From Heterodontus francisci (taxonomy: Eukaryota): a DNA stretch of 64,000 nt. Within the stretch, counting starts at the first letter, position 1. Every line of letters begins with the position of its first letter. Positions 36,621 through 50,780 of the stretch are shown one piece after another. The notes under the pieces are model-generated. The model saw nothing but the letters and a program-made list of their open reading frames with translations. It searched no databases and was not told the DNA's origin. The position numbers and the translations under genes are program-made. The stretch spans positions 33,202,804-33,266,803 of the forward strand of contig NC_090411.1 of NCBI RefSeq assembly GCF_036365525.1, in the 5' to 3' direction.

Positions 36621-39600
36621 TCAATGACTAATAAACGGATTAATTCACTGGATGGCTGATGTGTGAGTGACCACATTAACACAGTCAGAGCTACTTTCTG
36701 AGGACGGGGGAAAGCCACATTGTTGATGAGGATGAGATGCAGCTGTACCCTGCAATCAACTGGTGCTATGTGTAGTTACATAATAACATTGACTACACCT
36801 CAAAGGGGTCCGTGGTCCACTGACGTCTCAGTTTAAGAATTCTAATCCTTGTGCTCAAATCCCTTCATGGCGTCACCCTTCTTTATTTCTGCAACCTCCT
36901 CCAGCCCTCTCTGAGATCTCCACGCTTTTCCAATTTTAGCCTTATGCGGACTCCCCATTTCACTTTTCCCCACCATTGGCGACCATGCCTTTAGCTGCCT
37001 GGGCTCGAAACTCTAGAATTCCCTCCCTAAACCTCTCCGCTTCTTTCTCCTCCTTCACGATGCTTCTTAAAATCTACCTCTTTGACCAAGCATTTGGTCA
37101 CCTGTCCTAATGTCTCCTTCTTTGCCTCAGTGTCAAATTTTTGTTTGATTACACTCCTGTGAGGCCCCTTGGTTGTTTCATTATGTTAAAAGCACCATAT
37201 AATCGCAGGGTGTTATTATAGATAGATCTGTCTTCTGAAATCTTGCCATTGTCACTTAAAGGGTACTAGTTGCTCATTTTCCCCTGTAGGTTAAGCCTAT
37301 GTACAGTTAGGCTTCAGTGGAGCATTTGCAATGTGCTGCCTTGGGATGTTTACTATATTAAAAGTGCTATATAAATGCATGTTGCTGAAAGGGTGGTGGA
37401 AGCAGATTCAATAGTAACTTTTAAAAGTGAATTGAGTAAATACTTGAAGAGAAATATTTGCAGGGTTACAGGGAAGTGGGACTTTTTTAATTCATTTAAT
37501 TCAGGATTTGGGTATCACTGGCAGAGCATTTATTGTGCATCCCTATTTGCCCTGCTCGGTCATTTCAGAGGACAGTTAAGAGTCAACCACATTGCTGTGC
37601 ATCTGGAGTCACATGTAGGTCAGACCAGGTAAGGATGGCAGATTTCCTTCCCTAAAGGGCATTAGTGAATTACATGGATTTTTATGCTGATCAGTAGTTT
37701 CATCGTCACTATGATTGATACTAGCTTCTTTTATTCCAGATTTATTTAATTAACTGAATTTAAATAGGCCAACTCCCGTAGTGGGATTAGAACTCATGTC
37801 TCCAGATCCTGAGTCCAGGCCTCTGAATTACTGATCCAGTGCATAACCACGACAGTGCCTTATCCCAGTTTTTTAAAACCTAAATGGTAGTTCTTTCGAA
37901 GGGTTGGTACAGGCATGATGGGCCGAATGGCCTCCTTCAACACTGTATGGTTCTATGATTTTCGAAGCATACACTTCATTCTTTGGAACTTCATTCTGCC
38001 ACTGTTTATTCTCATACCATTGCACGCAAGCAATCCAGTGATGTAATTTCTCCTTTGAGTAGGTTGACCATTTTCCAGTAAAATTAGTTTTAAGAAGCTG
38101 CAATTTCTATTCTTGCAAAGCGCTTCATGTAATATGATGCGTTGTATTATCAAACCACAGTGCTTGCCAACCAAACCGATGTAAAGACATGCAAGTCAGG
38201 GCTTTCTGCTCCTAATCATTATCCAATATCCCCCCACACCATTTGAAAACATGTGTGCAGGGATGCCAGGCGAGATCTTGAATGCGATGCCTGCCACAGT
38301 TGGATAGGCTGTCAGCTGTCAATGTCAAGGGTCCTACATGGAGATTGGCCACTTGGGTGAGAGAAACCATTAAAGAAACGATTGGCATTTCTATAGCGCC
38401 TTGGGATGTCCCAAAGCACTTTCCATCCAATTAAAACTATTTTGAAGTGTAGTCACTATTGTAACATAAGAAACGTAGCAGCCAATTTGCACAAAGCAAG
38501 CTCCCACAAACAGCAATGTGATAATAACCAGATCATCTGTTTTAGGTGCTAATTCATGGTTATTTTATTGGTCAGGACACCAGGTTGGGGAGGGGGGGTG
38601 GGTGTGGGGTGGGGGGGGGGATCTCCTTCGAAATTGTGCCATGGGATCTTTCATGTCCACCTGAGGAAAGACAGCACCTCTGGCAGTGCAGCACACATAG
38701 AGTCATTGAGTTATACAGCACAGAAACAGGCCTTTCGGCCCATCGTGTCTGTGCCGGCCTACAAGTCTATCTATTCTAATCCCATTTTCCAGCACTTGGC
38801 CCGTAGCCTTGTATGCTATGGCGTTTCAAGTGTTCATCTAAATACTTCTTAAATGTTGTGAGGGTTCCTGCCTCTACCACCTCTTCAGGCAGTGTGTTCC
38901 AGATTCCAACCACCCGCTGGGTGAAAAATGTTTTCCTCAAATCCCCTCTAAACCTCCTGCCCCTTACCTTAAATCGATGCCCCCTGGTTATTGACACCTC
39001 CACTAATGGAAAAAGTCTCTTCCTGTCTATCCTATCTATGCCCCTCATAGTTTTGTATACCTCAATCAGGTCCCCCCTCAGCCTTCTCTGCTCTAAGGAA
39101 AACAACCCTAGCCTATCCAGTCTCTCTTCATAGCTGAAATGCTCCAGCCCAGGCAACATCCTGGTGAATCTCCTCTGCACCATCTCCAGTGCAATCTCAT
39201 CCTTCCTATAGTGTGGCAACCAGAACTGTACACAGTACTCCAACTGTGGCCTAACTAGCGTTTTATGCAGTTCCATCATAACGTCCTTGCTCTTATATTC
39301 AGCTAATAAAGGCAAGTATCCCATATGCCTTCCTAACCACCTTATCTACCTGTGTTGCTGCCTTCAGTGATCTATGGACAATTACACCAAGGTCCTTCTG
39401 TACTTCCTATGGTCCTACCACCTATTGTATATTCCCTTGCCTTATTAGTCCTCCCAAAATGCATCACCTCACACTTCTCAGGATTAAATTCCATCTGCCA
39501 CTGCTCCGCCCATTTTACCAGCCCATCTATATCATCCTGTAATCTAAGGCTTTCCTCCCCACTATTTACGACACCACCAATTTTCGTGTCCTCTGCGAAC

Positions 39601-39851
39601 GTACTGATCATACCTCCTATATTCGCATCTAAATCATTAATGTACACTACAAACAGCAAGGGTCCCAGCACCAACCACTGGGCACAGGCTTCCTGCAAAA
39701 AACAACCCTCAACCATCATCCTCTGCCTCCTGCCACTAAGCCAATTTTGGATCCAATTTGCCAAATTACCCTGAATGCCATGGGCTCTTACCTTCTTGAC
39801 CAATCTCCCATGCGGGACCTTATCAAAAGCCTTCCTGAAGTCCATGTAGAC

Positions 39852-40293
39852 TAAAGGCCTGCTCAGGTCAGGAAAAAAAAACCCAACCCAATCTCGACAG
39901 AACCACATTGCGCCCGAGCCCAACCCGGCCCGAGTCCCTCCATTTTTTCGCGCCCCCGACCCGACCCGAGCCTGACTCGACCACCGGAATGTTCACTTTA
40001 CCTACCTCCCATTCCGAACCTGCAGGAAGCTGCAACGTGAGCGCGATAATGTCATGGAGGCACTCACTCGCTCACTGCGCAGACTCAAGAGTTTCCCTCC
40101 TTGACGTCCCGGACTCCCAGCTCAGGTAGGCTTTTCAACTTTTGACACTGCCCAACAAAGCAAAATGCAATACTCACCCAGATCCGGCCCGACCCGAGCC
40201 CGAAAGCCGGATCTGGAAGATCGGCCCAACTCGAGCCGTGCCCGACACATGTCGTCAGATCCTGTCGGGTTCGGGTCGGGTAGCAGGCCTTTA
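39852..40293. mobile_element. Non-autonomous hAT DNA transposon (MITE), 442 bp
   Basis: Perfect 12-bp TIR TAAAGGCCTGCT/AGCAGGCCTTTA, perfect 8-bp TSD ATGTAGAC (39844-39851 and 40294-40301), and subterminal CCCGA repeats. Confidence 0.9.
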
Positions 40294-40962
40294 ATGTAGA
40301 CTACATCAACTACGTTACCCTCATCTACACACATAGTCACCTCCTCGAAAAATTCAATCAAATTTGTTAGGCATAATCACCCCCAACAAAGCCATGCTGA
40401 CTATCCCTGATTATTCCCTGCCTCTCCAAGTGGAGATTAATCCTGTCCCTCAGAATTTTTTCCAATAGTTACCCTACCACTGATGTTAGACTCACCGGCC
40501 TGTAATTACCTGGTCTATCCCTGCTACCCTTGTTGAATAATGGTACCACATTCGCTGTCCTCCAGTCCTTTGGCACCTCTCCTGTGGCCAAAGAGGATTT
40601 GAAAATATCTGTCATAACCCCTGCAATCTCCTCCCTTGCCTCACATAGCAGCCTGGGATACATTTGGGCCTGGGGGTTTATCCATTTTTAAGCCTACTAA
40701 AACCGCTAATATATCTGCCCTTTCAATGCTAATTTGTTCAAGTATATCACAATCCCCCTCCCTGATCTCTACACCTACAATCGTCCTTCTCCATAGTGAA
40801 CACAGATGAAAATTAATCATTTAAAACCTTACCCATGTACTCTGGCTTCAGGCACTGATTGCCACTTTGGTCCCTAATCGGCCCTACTCTTTCCTTGGCT
40901 ATCTCTTGCCCTTAATATGCTGATAAAACGCCTTGGGATTTTCCTTTATCTTGCCCGCCAGT

Positions 40963-41262
40963 ATTTATTTATTTAGAGATACAGCACTGAAACAGGCCCT
41001 TCGGCCCACTGAGTCTGTGCCGACCATCAACCACCTATTTATACTAATCCTACATTAATCCCATATTCCTACCCCATACCCACCTTTCCTCAATTCCCCT
41101 ACCACCTACCTATACTAGGGGCAATTTATAATGGCCAATTTACCTAACAACCTGCAAGTCTTTGGCTGTGGGAGGAAACCGGAGCACCCGGCGAAAACCC
41201 ACACGGTACCCAGAATTGAACCCAGGTCGCTGGAGCTGCAGTGCTAACTACTGCGCCGCCCC
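40963..41262 (-). mobile_element. V-SINE with internal deletions
   Basis: Same tail and partial V-domain as the other copies. Confidence 0.8.
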
Positions 41263-41758
41263 TTTTAAGTTCAAAGCATTTTTTTATGCCCCCTCTTTGC
41301 TCTCCTAATTACTTTTTTAAGTACCCCCCCCTACACTTTCTATACTCATCTAAGGCCTCCACTGTTTTCAGCCCTCTGAATCCGCCCTAATCCTTTTTTT
41401 CCTTATCCAATCCTCTATATCCCTTGACATCCAGGGTTACCTGGACTTGTTGGTCCTACCCTTCACCTTTACAGTCCACTTTAGCCAGATCCTGTTTTAT
41501 CATATTGAAATCGGCCTTCCCCCAATTCAGTACTTTTATTTCCCTCAGTACTGCACTGGGAGTGTGCCTAAAGCTCTGGAATGGGGCCTGAATCTACAGA
41601 CTTTTGACTCAGAGGCCACAGTTCTACCTCAACAAGAGTCAGCACCCTCAGGAGAGAGTGAGTCTAGTTGTCTCTATTCTAGGAGACTTTGGGACCCAGA
41701 AGCAGCCTCTCAGTCTCTAGCAGGGCGTATTGAGAAGCTCACCAAATAAGGGAAGTGA

Positions 41759-42124
<366 letters not shown>

Positions 42125-42774
42125 TGAGAGTGAAGTTTAACAAATCATTTCATAAAATAGGTTTCAAATTCACTTCCTTTTTAAAAAAAAATCATTTTGA
42201 GCCGCCTCCAACTCCGCGATGTTGTTATCTCTGGTTTTTAAGCCTACCTGGGGAGGGGATTTAAACTTTCTTAAAGGGACCCTCCCTTGGTCTGTTCGTT
42301 CCTCTTGCGGACAGTGAGGATTTCGAAACGTTGCAGTTTGGGGGGGGGGGGCCCTTTCCCATTCAAAAGAGAATTTGATTTTTTAAAATTTAGAGTTCAA
42401 TCTTTAATTCAGGGTTGTGAGTTTGGGGTGACATAATTTACTTTTTTAAGCAGTCGGGCTGGTTTCTGAAGAAGCATCACGATGATTGAGTGAGGTTAGT
42501 GGTTTGAGCTATCTTGTTGGGAGAAGATTAATGATGGTAATTTTCCAGTTAATGCCTGCCCCATGTTGTGGGTGCTTTGCCGTTGCCAGTTTCTTTCGCT
42601 TGTGCAAACTGAAAAATGTGAATTGGTAATTTTATTAATAGTGACAGTGTGACACTTGCTATTCTTTTGGTGGGCATTGCATTGCAGGACTGTTCTACTT
42701 GGTAGTCCATAATCACCCAGGCACATGCCAGAGATGTAAAGATATCTCTGTAACATCCTCCAGCCTTATAATAA

Positions 42775-43740
42775 CTTCTATTTATATAGCATCTTTAATG
42801 TAACAAAACATCCCAAGACTCTTTACAGGAGCATTATAAAATAAAGTGAGACACTGAGCCTCAGAAGGAGATATTTGATCAGATGTCTGAAGGCTTGGTC
42901 AAAGAGGTTGGTTTTAAGGAATGTCTTAAAGGAGGAAAGTGAAGTGGAGAGGCAGAGAGGAGTAGTGGGGGTATTTCAGAGTTAAGGGCCTGGGCAACTG
43001 AATGGGCAGCCACCAATTGTAGAGCAATTTAAAACTGGGGATGTACAGGAGGCCAGAATTAGAGGAGTGCAGAGATCTTGTGGTGGTTTAGGGCTGGAGG
43101 AGATTAAAGAGATAGGGAGGGGCGAAGCCATGGAGGGATTTGAAAATACGGATGAGAATTTTTAAATCAAGATGTTGCTTGACTGGGAGCCAATGTAGGT
43201 CAGCGAGCACAGGGGTGATAGTGAACGGGACTTAGTGTGAGTTAACACATGGGCAGCAGAGTTTTGGATGATCTCAAGTTTAGAAAGTAGAATGTGGGAG
43301 ACCAGCCAGGAGTGCATTGGAATAGCCAAGCCTCGAGGTAATGAAGGCATGGTGGGGGGGGTGGTTTCAGCAGCAGATGAGCTGAGACAGGGTGAAGTCG
43401 GGTGATGTCATGGAGTTGGAAATAGGGGGTCTCCGTGATGACCCTCCGAGATCTCTGCTCCTCCAATTCTGGCCTCTTACACATCCCTGATTTTCATCAC
43501 TCCATCACTGGCATTTACACCTTCAGCAGCCTGGGCCCTAAGCTCTGGAATTGCCTCTCGCTACCTTTCCCCCCCACCTCTCTCCTTTAAAATCTGACTC
43601 TTTGACCGAACTCTGGGTCACCTGTCCTAATATCTGCTTATGTGGCTCGGTGTCAAATTTTGTTTGATAATTGCTCCTGTGAAGCAACATGAATGTTTTT
43701 CACTATGTTAACGGTGCTATCTAAAAGCAAGTTGTTGTTG
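42775..43740. mobile_element. Two L2 3' fragments in head-to-head orientation
   Basis: Minus-strand copy at about 42775-43435 and plus-strand copy at about 43440-43740, ending in gcaagttgttgttg. Confidence 0.65.
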
Positions 43741-44574
43741 ACTTGAGAACTGCTAAATAGATGCTGGTTTAAGTTGATCGATTCCATGCCAACAAAACTT
43801 TGTTAATGCTCTTAACAAAAGGGACGGTTTATTGTGTATTGGTTATTGGTGAAACTGAGGTGGAACCAAAGGTGAGGTTGAAACAACAGGATATGCGGGG
43901 GGATCTGGCATAACCTCAGAAAACACAGGATGTTCAACAGCAGCTGAGCGAGAACAGACAGGTTCAACACTTAGGGTGGAGTCTCGGCACTTTGAATGTT
44001 CTTTTTCATGCTTCTGCGATTACCTCAGACAGGCTGCAGAAAATCTGCAAAGAAAATCTTTTCAGAGGAATGGTCTCCACCCAAAAACGCCAACCAGTCC
44101 TTGTCTCATTTTTAGAACTGCTGTACATTTCCTGTTTTTTTTTGGAATGATAATTGTACACACACAGTTAGGTCACACTGGCTGTGACCCTTGACCCATT
44201 CAGGATTTGGGCCTGTATCCCGTCAGGGTGGCAGGCTTCCAGTGACTGGATTCATAGGTTGTACTTGGGTGGGGAAGGGTTGTGCTCCCAGTTGAACAAA
44301 CAAAGCTTTTTAGCACCTAGTTGGAAATAGAGAGCAGGCGATTACTGAGTTGCCACAGTCGAGTGTGAGAGTTGTTTTGTAAATGGTCATGCTGCACTCA
44401 AACTGGGAATTCACCCAGCTGTGCAGTTATAGATTCTGTCCTTCCAGACTTGGCAGGTATCTGGAGAGTGTGTTTTAATCTCTGCAACTCTTGCGGTGAA
44501 GGGCTGATTGTTGCAGGTCTGTCATCGATGGGAGTGATTTTTGAGGTGATTAAATAAGGTAATCTTTTAATGTG

Positions 44575-45030
44575 TCAGCTGTGGCTCACTTGGTAGCATT
44601 TATCACTCTGTGTCACAAGGTTCTGAGTTCAAATCCCACTCCAGGGCTTGAGCACAAAAATCAAGGCTGACCCTCCCATTGGTGTGCTGCACAGTCAGAG
44701 CGGCTGTCATTCAGATTAGACATTAAATCCAAAGCCCCCATCTGCTCGGGCAGATGTGAAAGATCCCTTGGTACTATTTTTGAAGAAGAGCAGGGGAGTT
44801 ATCCCCAGTGCCCTTGCCACTGTTTATCACTCAGTCAACATCACTTAAAACAAATTATTTGGTCATTATCACTATTGCTGTTTGTGGGAGCTTGCTGTGT
44901 GCAAATTGGTTGCCGTGTTTCTTGCATTACGACAGTGATTACACTTCAAAAAACACTTGATTGGCTGTAAAGTGCTTTGAAACATTCAGCAGTTGTGAAA
45001 GGCGTTACATAAATGCAAGTCTCTTTCTTT
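44575..45030 (+). mobile_element. Deu-domain SINE, near full length
   Basis: tRNA-like head gtcagctgtggctcacttggtagc...gttcaaatcccactcc, Deu core and L2-type tail. Confidence 0.78.
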
Positions 45031-45929
45031 CCCTCTTCCTCTCTCCCTCCTTTACACCAATGCGATTTATACCAAATGGAGCTCGTGATAACTCCACTGT
45101 CTGTATATTTAACTCTCACCAATTCCAATTCACCCCCCGTGTTCAATGACTTACATTGGCTCCTGGTCCGGCAAAGTTTTAAAATAAAACCAAAGTGCTG
45201 GAAATACTCAGCAGCTCTGGCAGCATCTGTGAAGAGAGAAACAGAGTTAACGTTTCAGGTCTGTGACCTTACATCAGAACAGGCATACAGTGCCTCAGTT
45301 TAACATATCGTTCATAAGCCGCCACTTCCCTGCAGCTCTCCCTCAGCACTGCACTGGGAATATCAGCCTGGATTTTGTGCTTGAGTCCAGAAGTGAGACT
45401 TGAACCCACAGCCTACTGACTCACAGGTGAGAGTGCGAGCCACTGAGCCACAGCTGGCCTTGTACTTGCTTGACATCCATGTACCTTGGCAGGGACCAAT
45501 GGGGGAGTGAGAACCCTTGATGATCAGCTAACACAGCCCAGCTGAATGCTGACTCTCCAGCTTTTCTGGTCTTGTGACTCACTAAATAACATTTTTTAAC
45601 TTTCTTTGCCTGCCCACATGCTGTTAATAACACTATCTCTTATCTAAAAGCTGGTTGGAGTTCTTTTAAGACTCCCATCAGCTGGGATATAGCAGTGTAG
45701 TCTAGTGGATAAGTAATCAAGAGCCTATGACATTCTCAGTTTGAGAATTTGAATTGAGTGTTTTTAAAAAAAAAAAAAGTTTGGAAATAAAAACCCAACT
45801 TTTTCTTATCAGTAAAAGTGACCATGAAGCTGCCGGATTGTCAAAAAATCCAACTAATCTTCTTTAAGGAAGTAAAGCTGCTATCCTGACCTGTTCTAGG
45901 CCGATATGTGACTCCAGTCCACCATTGTG

Positions 45930-46370
45930 TTTTTTTTATTCATTCATGGGATGTGGGCGTCACTGGCCAGGCCAGCATTTATCGCCCATCCCTCATTGCC
46001 CTTGAGAAGGTGGTGGTGAGCTGCCTTCTTGAACCGCTGCAGTCCATGTGGGGTAGGTACACCCACAGTGCTGTTAGGAAGGGAGTTCCAGGATTTTGAC
46101 CCAGCGACAGTGGAGAAACGGCGATATAGTTCCAAATCAGGACGGTGTGTGACTTGGAGGGGAACTTACAGGTGGTGGTGTTCCCATGTATTTGCTGCCC
46201 TTGTCCTTCTGGTTGGGAGAGGTCGTGGGTTTGGAAGGTGCTGTCTAAGGAGCCTTGGTGCATTGCTGCAGTGCATCTTGTAGATGGTACACACTGCTGC
46301 CACTGTGCGTCGGTGGTGGAGGGAGTGAATGTTTGTAGATGGGGTGCCAATCAAGCGGGCTGCTTTGTTT
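45930..46370 (-). mobile_element. 3' end of a second CR1/L2-group LINE family
   Basis: Peptide IYKMHCSNAPRLLRQHLPNPRPLP; same family as 62985-63780; tail cccatgaatgaataaaaa. Confidence 0.75.
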
Positions 46371-46731
46371 TGGGCTCCCAACTGCCCTCTGAAGTGGCCT
46401 AGTCAGTCATAGCAACATAAGAGCAGGAGTAGGCCATTCAGCCCATTGAGTCACTCAAGTTTTATCATACCTCTATCAGCAGTTCACGGTGAAGACCCAC
46501 TACCAGCTTCTCGGGGCAACTAGGGATGGGTAATAAATGCTGGCCTTGCCAGTGATGCCCATATCCTGAGACTGAAGGAGGGAGAAAAGTTCCCCTGGCA
46601 GGAGGTGCCAATGTGGGCTGAAGTGACTTTGCCCTTTTTTTTTAAATGTCGTTTTAATCTGGGATCTTACTGAGCTTGATCCTCATTGAGTTGAAAGCCA
46701 GCCCTAAATAGTAGTTACAAGTAACCTAACA

Positions 46732-47025
46732 TAAAAGCAAAATACTGCAGATGCTGGAAATCGGAAATAAAAACAGAAGGTGCTGGAAATACTCAGCAGG
46801 TCTGGCAGCATCCGTGGAGAGAGAATCAGAGTTAACGTTTCAGGTCAGTGACCCTTCATCAGAACTGGCAAAGGTTAGAATTGTAATAGGTTTTATGCAA
46901 ATAAAGCGGGGTGGGGGAAAAGAGAATAAAAGGGAGGTATTGAAAGGACAGAGGGGTCAGAGAGATTAACTGACAAGGAAGTCATGGGGCCAAGTCTAAG
47001 AGAGTGTGCTAATGGTGTGGTGTAG
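46732..47025 (-). mobile_element. Penelope-like pseudo-LTR fragment
   Basis: Begins taaaagcaaaatactgcagatgctgg; matches 27980-28256 in reverse. Confidence 0.72.
46830..46866 (-). ncRNA. Minimal type I hammerhead-ribozyme-like motif with canonical core
   Basis: AGUU-CUGAUGA-A-GGGUC(ACU)GACCU-GAAAC-GUU-AACU. Confidence 0.6.
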
Positions 47026-47399
47026 TTTACATGTCACCCTTGCTTGAGTGGTACAATTGAAGATTAACAGCTTCATTCATAGGCCTTTCTGTTTTTGGCT
47101 GAATGAAGGGTCGGAGTTTAATGCTCGTTAACTTTGGAACACAATGAGGCTGTATCCTGATAGAGCTGTTGTCTTCCTTTTTACGGTTTGGACAGGGAGA
47201 TGGAGCTGTGCGGTCAAGTACTGAAAGTGCTGGAAACGCTGACTGCATAGTAAAAGGCTTTTCATTCCATCACTCCATCCAGAGCCCATGTGTGATTGTT
47301 GAATTCCGCTCTAACCCAACCACTTTTCATCAGCACTCCGTTCCTTTGCTATGAAAACAATGTCATGCAGTTGTGTTAATCTCAGACTTTCAATCCTCA

Positions 47400-48030
47400 T
47401 AGAATTATAGAATAGAATAAGACAGAGGGTGGTCATTCTCCCCATCGGATCTTTGCCAGCTCTTTCGAAGAGCTATCCAGTTAGTCCCGTTTCCTTACTG
47501 AAGTATTTTCTCCTTCAAGTATTTAGTTCCAGTTTGAAGGCCACTATGGAATCTGTATCCAGCGCCCTATCAGGCATTGCATTCCAAATCCTAACCACAC
47601 GTTGCATAAAAATAGTTCTTCCCCATGTTGCCTCTGTCACCTTTAAATCTATGGTTATCGATCCTTCAGCCATTGGAAAAATGTTCTCTTTGTTTACGCT
47701 ATCTAAACCCTTCATAATTTTTGAATACCTCTATCAAATCTCCTCTTGACCTTCTCTGCTCTAAGGAGAACAACCCCAGCTTCTGCAGTCTGTCCTTGTA
47801 AGTATAATCCCTCATCTCTGGAACCATTCTAATTCATCTCTTTTGTACCCTCTTCAAAGCCTTAACGTCCTTCCTGAAAGTACAGTGTCCAGAATTGGGC
47901 CCAATACTGGAGTTGGTGCCGGACTAGTGTTTTGCATAGGATTGCCATAACTTCCTGGCTTTGGTACTCCAAGCCTCGATTTATAAAGTCCAGAATCCTG
48001 TATGCTTTATTAACTGCTTTGTAACCTGAA
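47400..48030 (-). mobile_element. CR1 LINE fragment
   Basis: Peptides FINRGLEYQSQEVMAILCKTLVRHQLQYWAQFW and QRVVRIWNAMP. Confidence 0.8.
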
Positions 48031-50234
48031 CTGCCATCTTCTCGGCAGATGACAATCCAGTTCCCTTTAAAAGGTGTCAATTGATCCTAACCAATTGTGA
48101 TAGCATAATGTGGCCCTAATATTCAATTCCACATTTGCTCTCTTCGCTTCCAGTCCATTTTGCTCTTCCTGCTGCCAATCCACCCTTTCTTTTCCCCTGC
48201 AGCGGATGCACCTCTCGGGTAAATGTGAAAGATCCCATGACACTATTTCGAAGAAGAGCAGGGGAGTTCTCCCAGTGTCCTGATCAATATCAAATAACAC
48301 TTGTGGGATCTTGCTGTGTGTAACTTGGCTGCTGTGTTTCCTACATTGCAACAGTGACTGCACTTCAAAAAATGCTTTATTGGCTGAAATGTGCTTGAGA
48401 TATTCTGAGGTTGGGAAAGACGCTATATAAATGCAAGTTTTTTTTTTAATTCTTGGTTTTCTCTATGGAACATTGATTTTTCTCCCCCCGATCTTTGTTT
48501 TATTCTCCTGTTGTGCACTAACGCAGTCACCAGTCTGTGCCCCAGCCATGCCAACTGTGGGTGAATGAGTGCATCAGTTCCCTGTCCCCTCTGAGCAGAT
48601 GGAGATGGGTGAGCGAGTGGAATTAGGGTTGCTGGAATCCCTCCTTGACCTCTTCCCCACAGGAGGAAGGGGAATGCCTGGCCTCTGCACATCCTGCATG
48701 AATGAAGATGGGGCCTGTGTCCTGTTTTGTTCTGGAGAATTCTTTCTATTCCGGGCCCCACATCTACTGAAGCTCAGGTCTCCTGTTAGGGATACGGTCC
48801 GACGGTGCACCTCTCCTTTACCCTGCCGATTAATCATTTTGCTCTTACTCTCCAGCGCAGGGTCAGCAAATACCCATCAAGAGTAGTCACCCTGGCAGAT
48901 TTCTGCCAAGTGCTGAGAGTGATTATGGTTCCCTTAACACCATTTCCCCAGGCTGAGCTCAACAAATCCATACCCACTGGGAACTGAACACTGGCACCTG
49001 AATGGCTCTGTACAAGCCCACCTGGCACATCGGCCTACTGCTGTACCCAGAAATAGGGCAATTTTACTCCTAAATTTCCCACATTTTGGAAATGGTTCCT
49101 TTTGTAGGTCCTGGGGTGGTGAGTCTACATTAAAGCCAGCAGTATTGTCTTATCCCAAGGCTGATTGGCTGTAATGAGAGATGCTCAGCCTTATGATTGA
49201 ACTGCTGATCCCCATTCGCTGCTGCCTGTGACACAGTTTGTTTACATCATGCCTCTAAAAATAAATTCTTGCAACCAGTGGAGGCTTGTTATGTCCAAAG
49301 TTCCTCTACCGTGAAGCCGAATCTGTCTTCGCTCATGGACAATGTGAAGTGCTGGATGGTAAAGACGGAGGCGGACGGTTTGAGTTGCGGTCAGGGTGTT
49401 TTGGTCAGTCTGTAAACCCAATTCCACTCTTGAGAGTCTCCCATTACTGAGAGATTCCCGTACGTCGAGCTTCTGTTTGCCGGATATAGGAATATTTTTC
49501 TTGTCTCCTTTTTCCTCTTTCCCTCTCGTTCGCTCGTATGCTCACTTTGTCTGTAGGGTCAGTTTTGAGAGGAACTCCAGCATTGAAAATGTCTCCAACT
49601 TTATCACCCATTCTCTCTCCCCAGGATATTCTGTTTGTAAATTCCCAACAGCATAGGGTGTAGGTCATGTTTGCGGAAGGGAGAATAGAATTCTGAAATC
49701 CAGACCCCGTTCTTATACTTTTGAAGACCTGAGCCTTGGGAATAAATAGGCTGCAAGGTGTATAGAGAGCCATAGCATGCAAAGCCCCAGGTTCAATCTT
49801 TTGATGAGGCCAGACTGTGGTGATCGCTCTGGTTGATTCATCCACCAAGAATCTCCCTGTCTGCTCTTGCATGAGCAATCTGTGGCAAATTGGAGGCATG
49901 TCGAGTTCTGTCAGGGTCAGCTGGTGTGCTTGAGCTTTGGCTTGGTAGAAGCAATCCCGCCTCCTGAGTTGGCAGATGATCGTTTTGATCCCCACTCCAG
50001 ACAGACTCACCCACTCATTTGTGTAGCCACCCCATAATAACACTGATAACGAGAATATTGTTGGGGGGGTGGTGGGGCACCATTATAGCTGCTAGGGCTG
50101 GGGAAGAGTGGTGACCTTGAATCGGAGTCTGTGCTGTAGCTTAAAATGAGAATCTACCATGTGTCTCATTTACACATTTGAAAAGGCAGGTAAGGCATGA
50201 ATTCAGATTTAACGTTCAGATAAAACTAGGTGTT

Positions 50235-50780
50235 CATACAATAGGACAGCACAGAAAGAGGCCATTTGGGCCATCAAGTCTGTGCTGGCTCTGCAAAAAG
50301 CAATTCAATTAATCCCACTCCCTGTCTCTTTCCCCTTTTTTATTTATTTTTTCTCCTTCAGGTATTTATCCAGTTCCCTTTTGAAAGCTACTATTGAATC
50401 TATATCCTCCACTTTATTGTGCATTCCAAATCTGAACCACTTTTTGCATAACTTTTTTTCTCTCGTTGCCTCTGGTTCTTTTGCCAGTCAACTTAAATCA
50501 TAGAATCATAGCAAGTTTACGGCACAGAAAGAGGCCACTTGACCCATCCATGCCCTTTGATTATCAACACTTCACCCAGTGGAAACAGTTTCTCTTTTAT
50601 TTACTCTTATCAAAACTCTTCATGATTTGAACACCTCTATCAAATCTCCTCTTAACTTTAACTGCTCTAAGGAGAACAACCCCAGCTTCTCCAGTCTCTC
50701 CACATAATTGTAATCACTCATCCCTGGAACTGTTTGAGTAAATCTTTTCTGTAACCAGTCCAAGGTTTCACACCCTTCCT
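50235..50780 (-). mobile_element. CR1 LINE 3' fragments
   Basis: Peptide ERLEKLGLFSLEQLKLRGDLIEVFK plus tails. Confidence 0.75.

Larger units (their letters stand above)
38694..41490 (-). mobile_element. Long CR1 LINE fragment with a nested hAT MITE and a V-SINE
   Basis: ORF2 peptides PKDWRTANVVPLFNKG...NYRPVSLTSVVG, VDVVY/MDFRKAFDKVPHGRL, LGPLLFVVYINDLD and LVRPQLEYCVQFW...RRLRGDLIEVYK, plus a tail at the left end. Confidence 0.9.

Noticed and set aside
35370-36718. Cluster of 90-180-aa ORFs as a novel gene
   Set aside because: They are frameshifted Tx1-like ORF2 fragments and their antisense shadows.
38776-39923. 182-aa and 183-aa ORFs as host genes
   Set aside because: They are CR1 ORF2 reverse-transcriptase fragments.
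47249-47400. Five in-frame stops, all TGA, taken as CpG-decay evidence of former coding
   Set aside because: Five stops in about 50 codons is too many to come from rare CGA codons, so it was not used as support.
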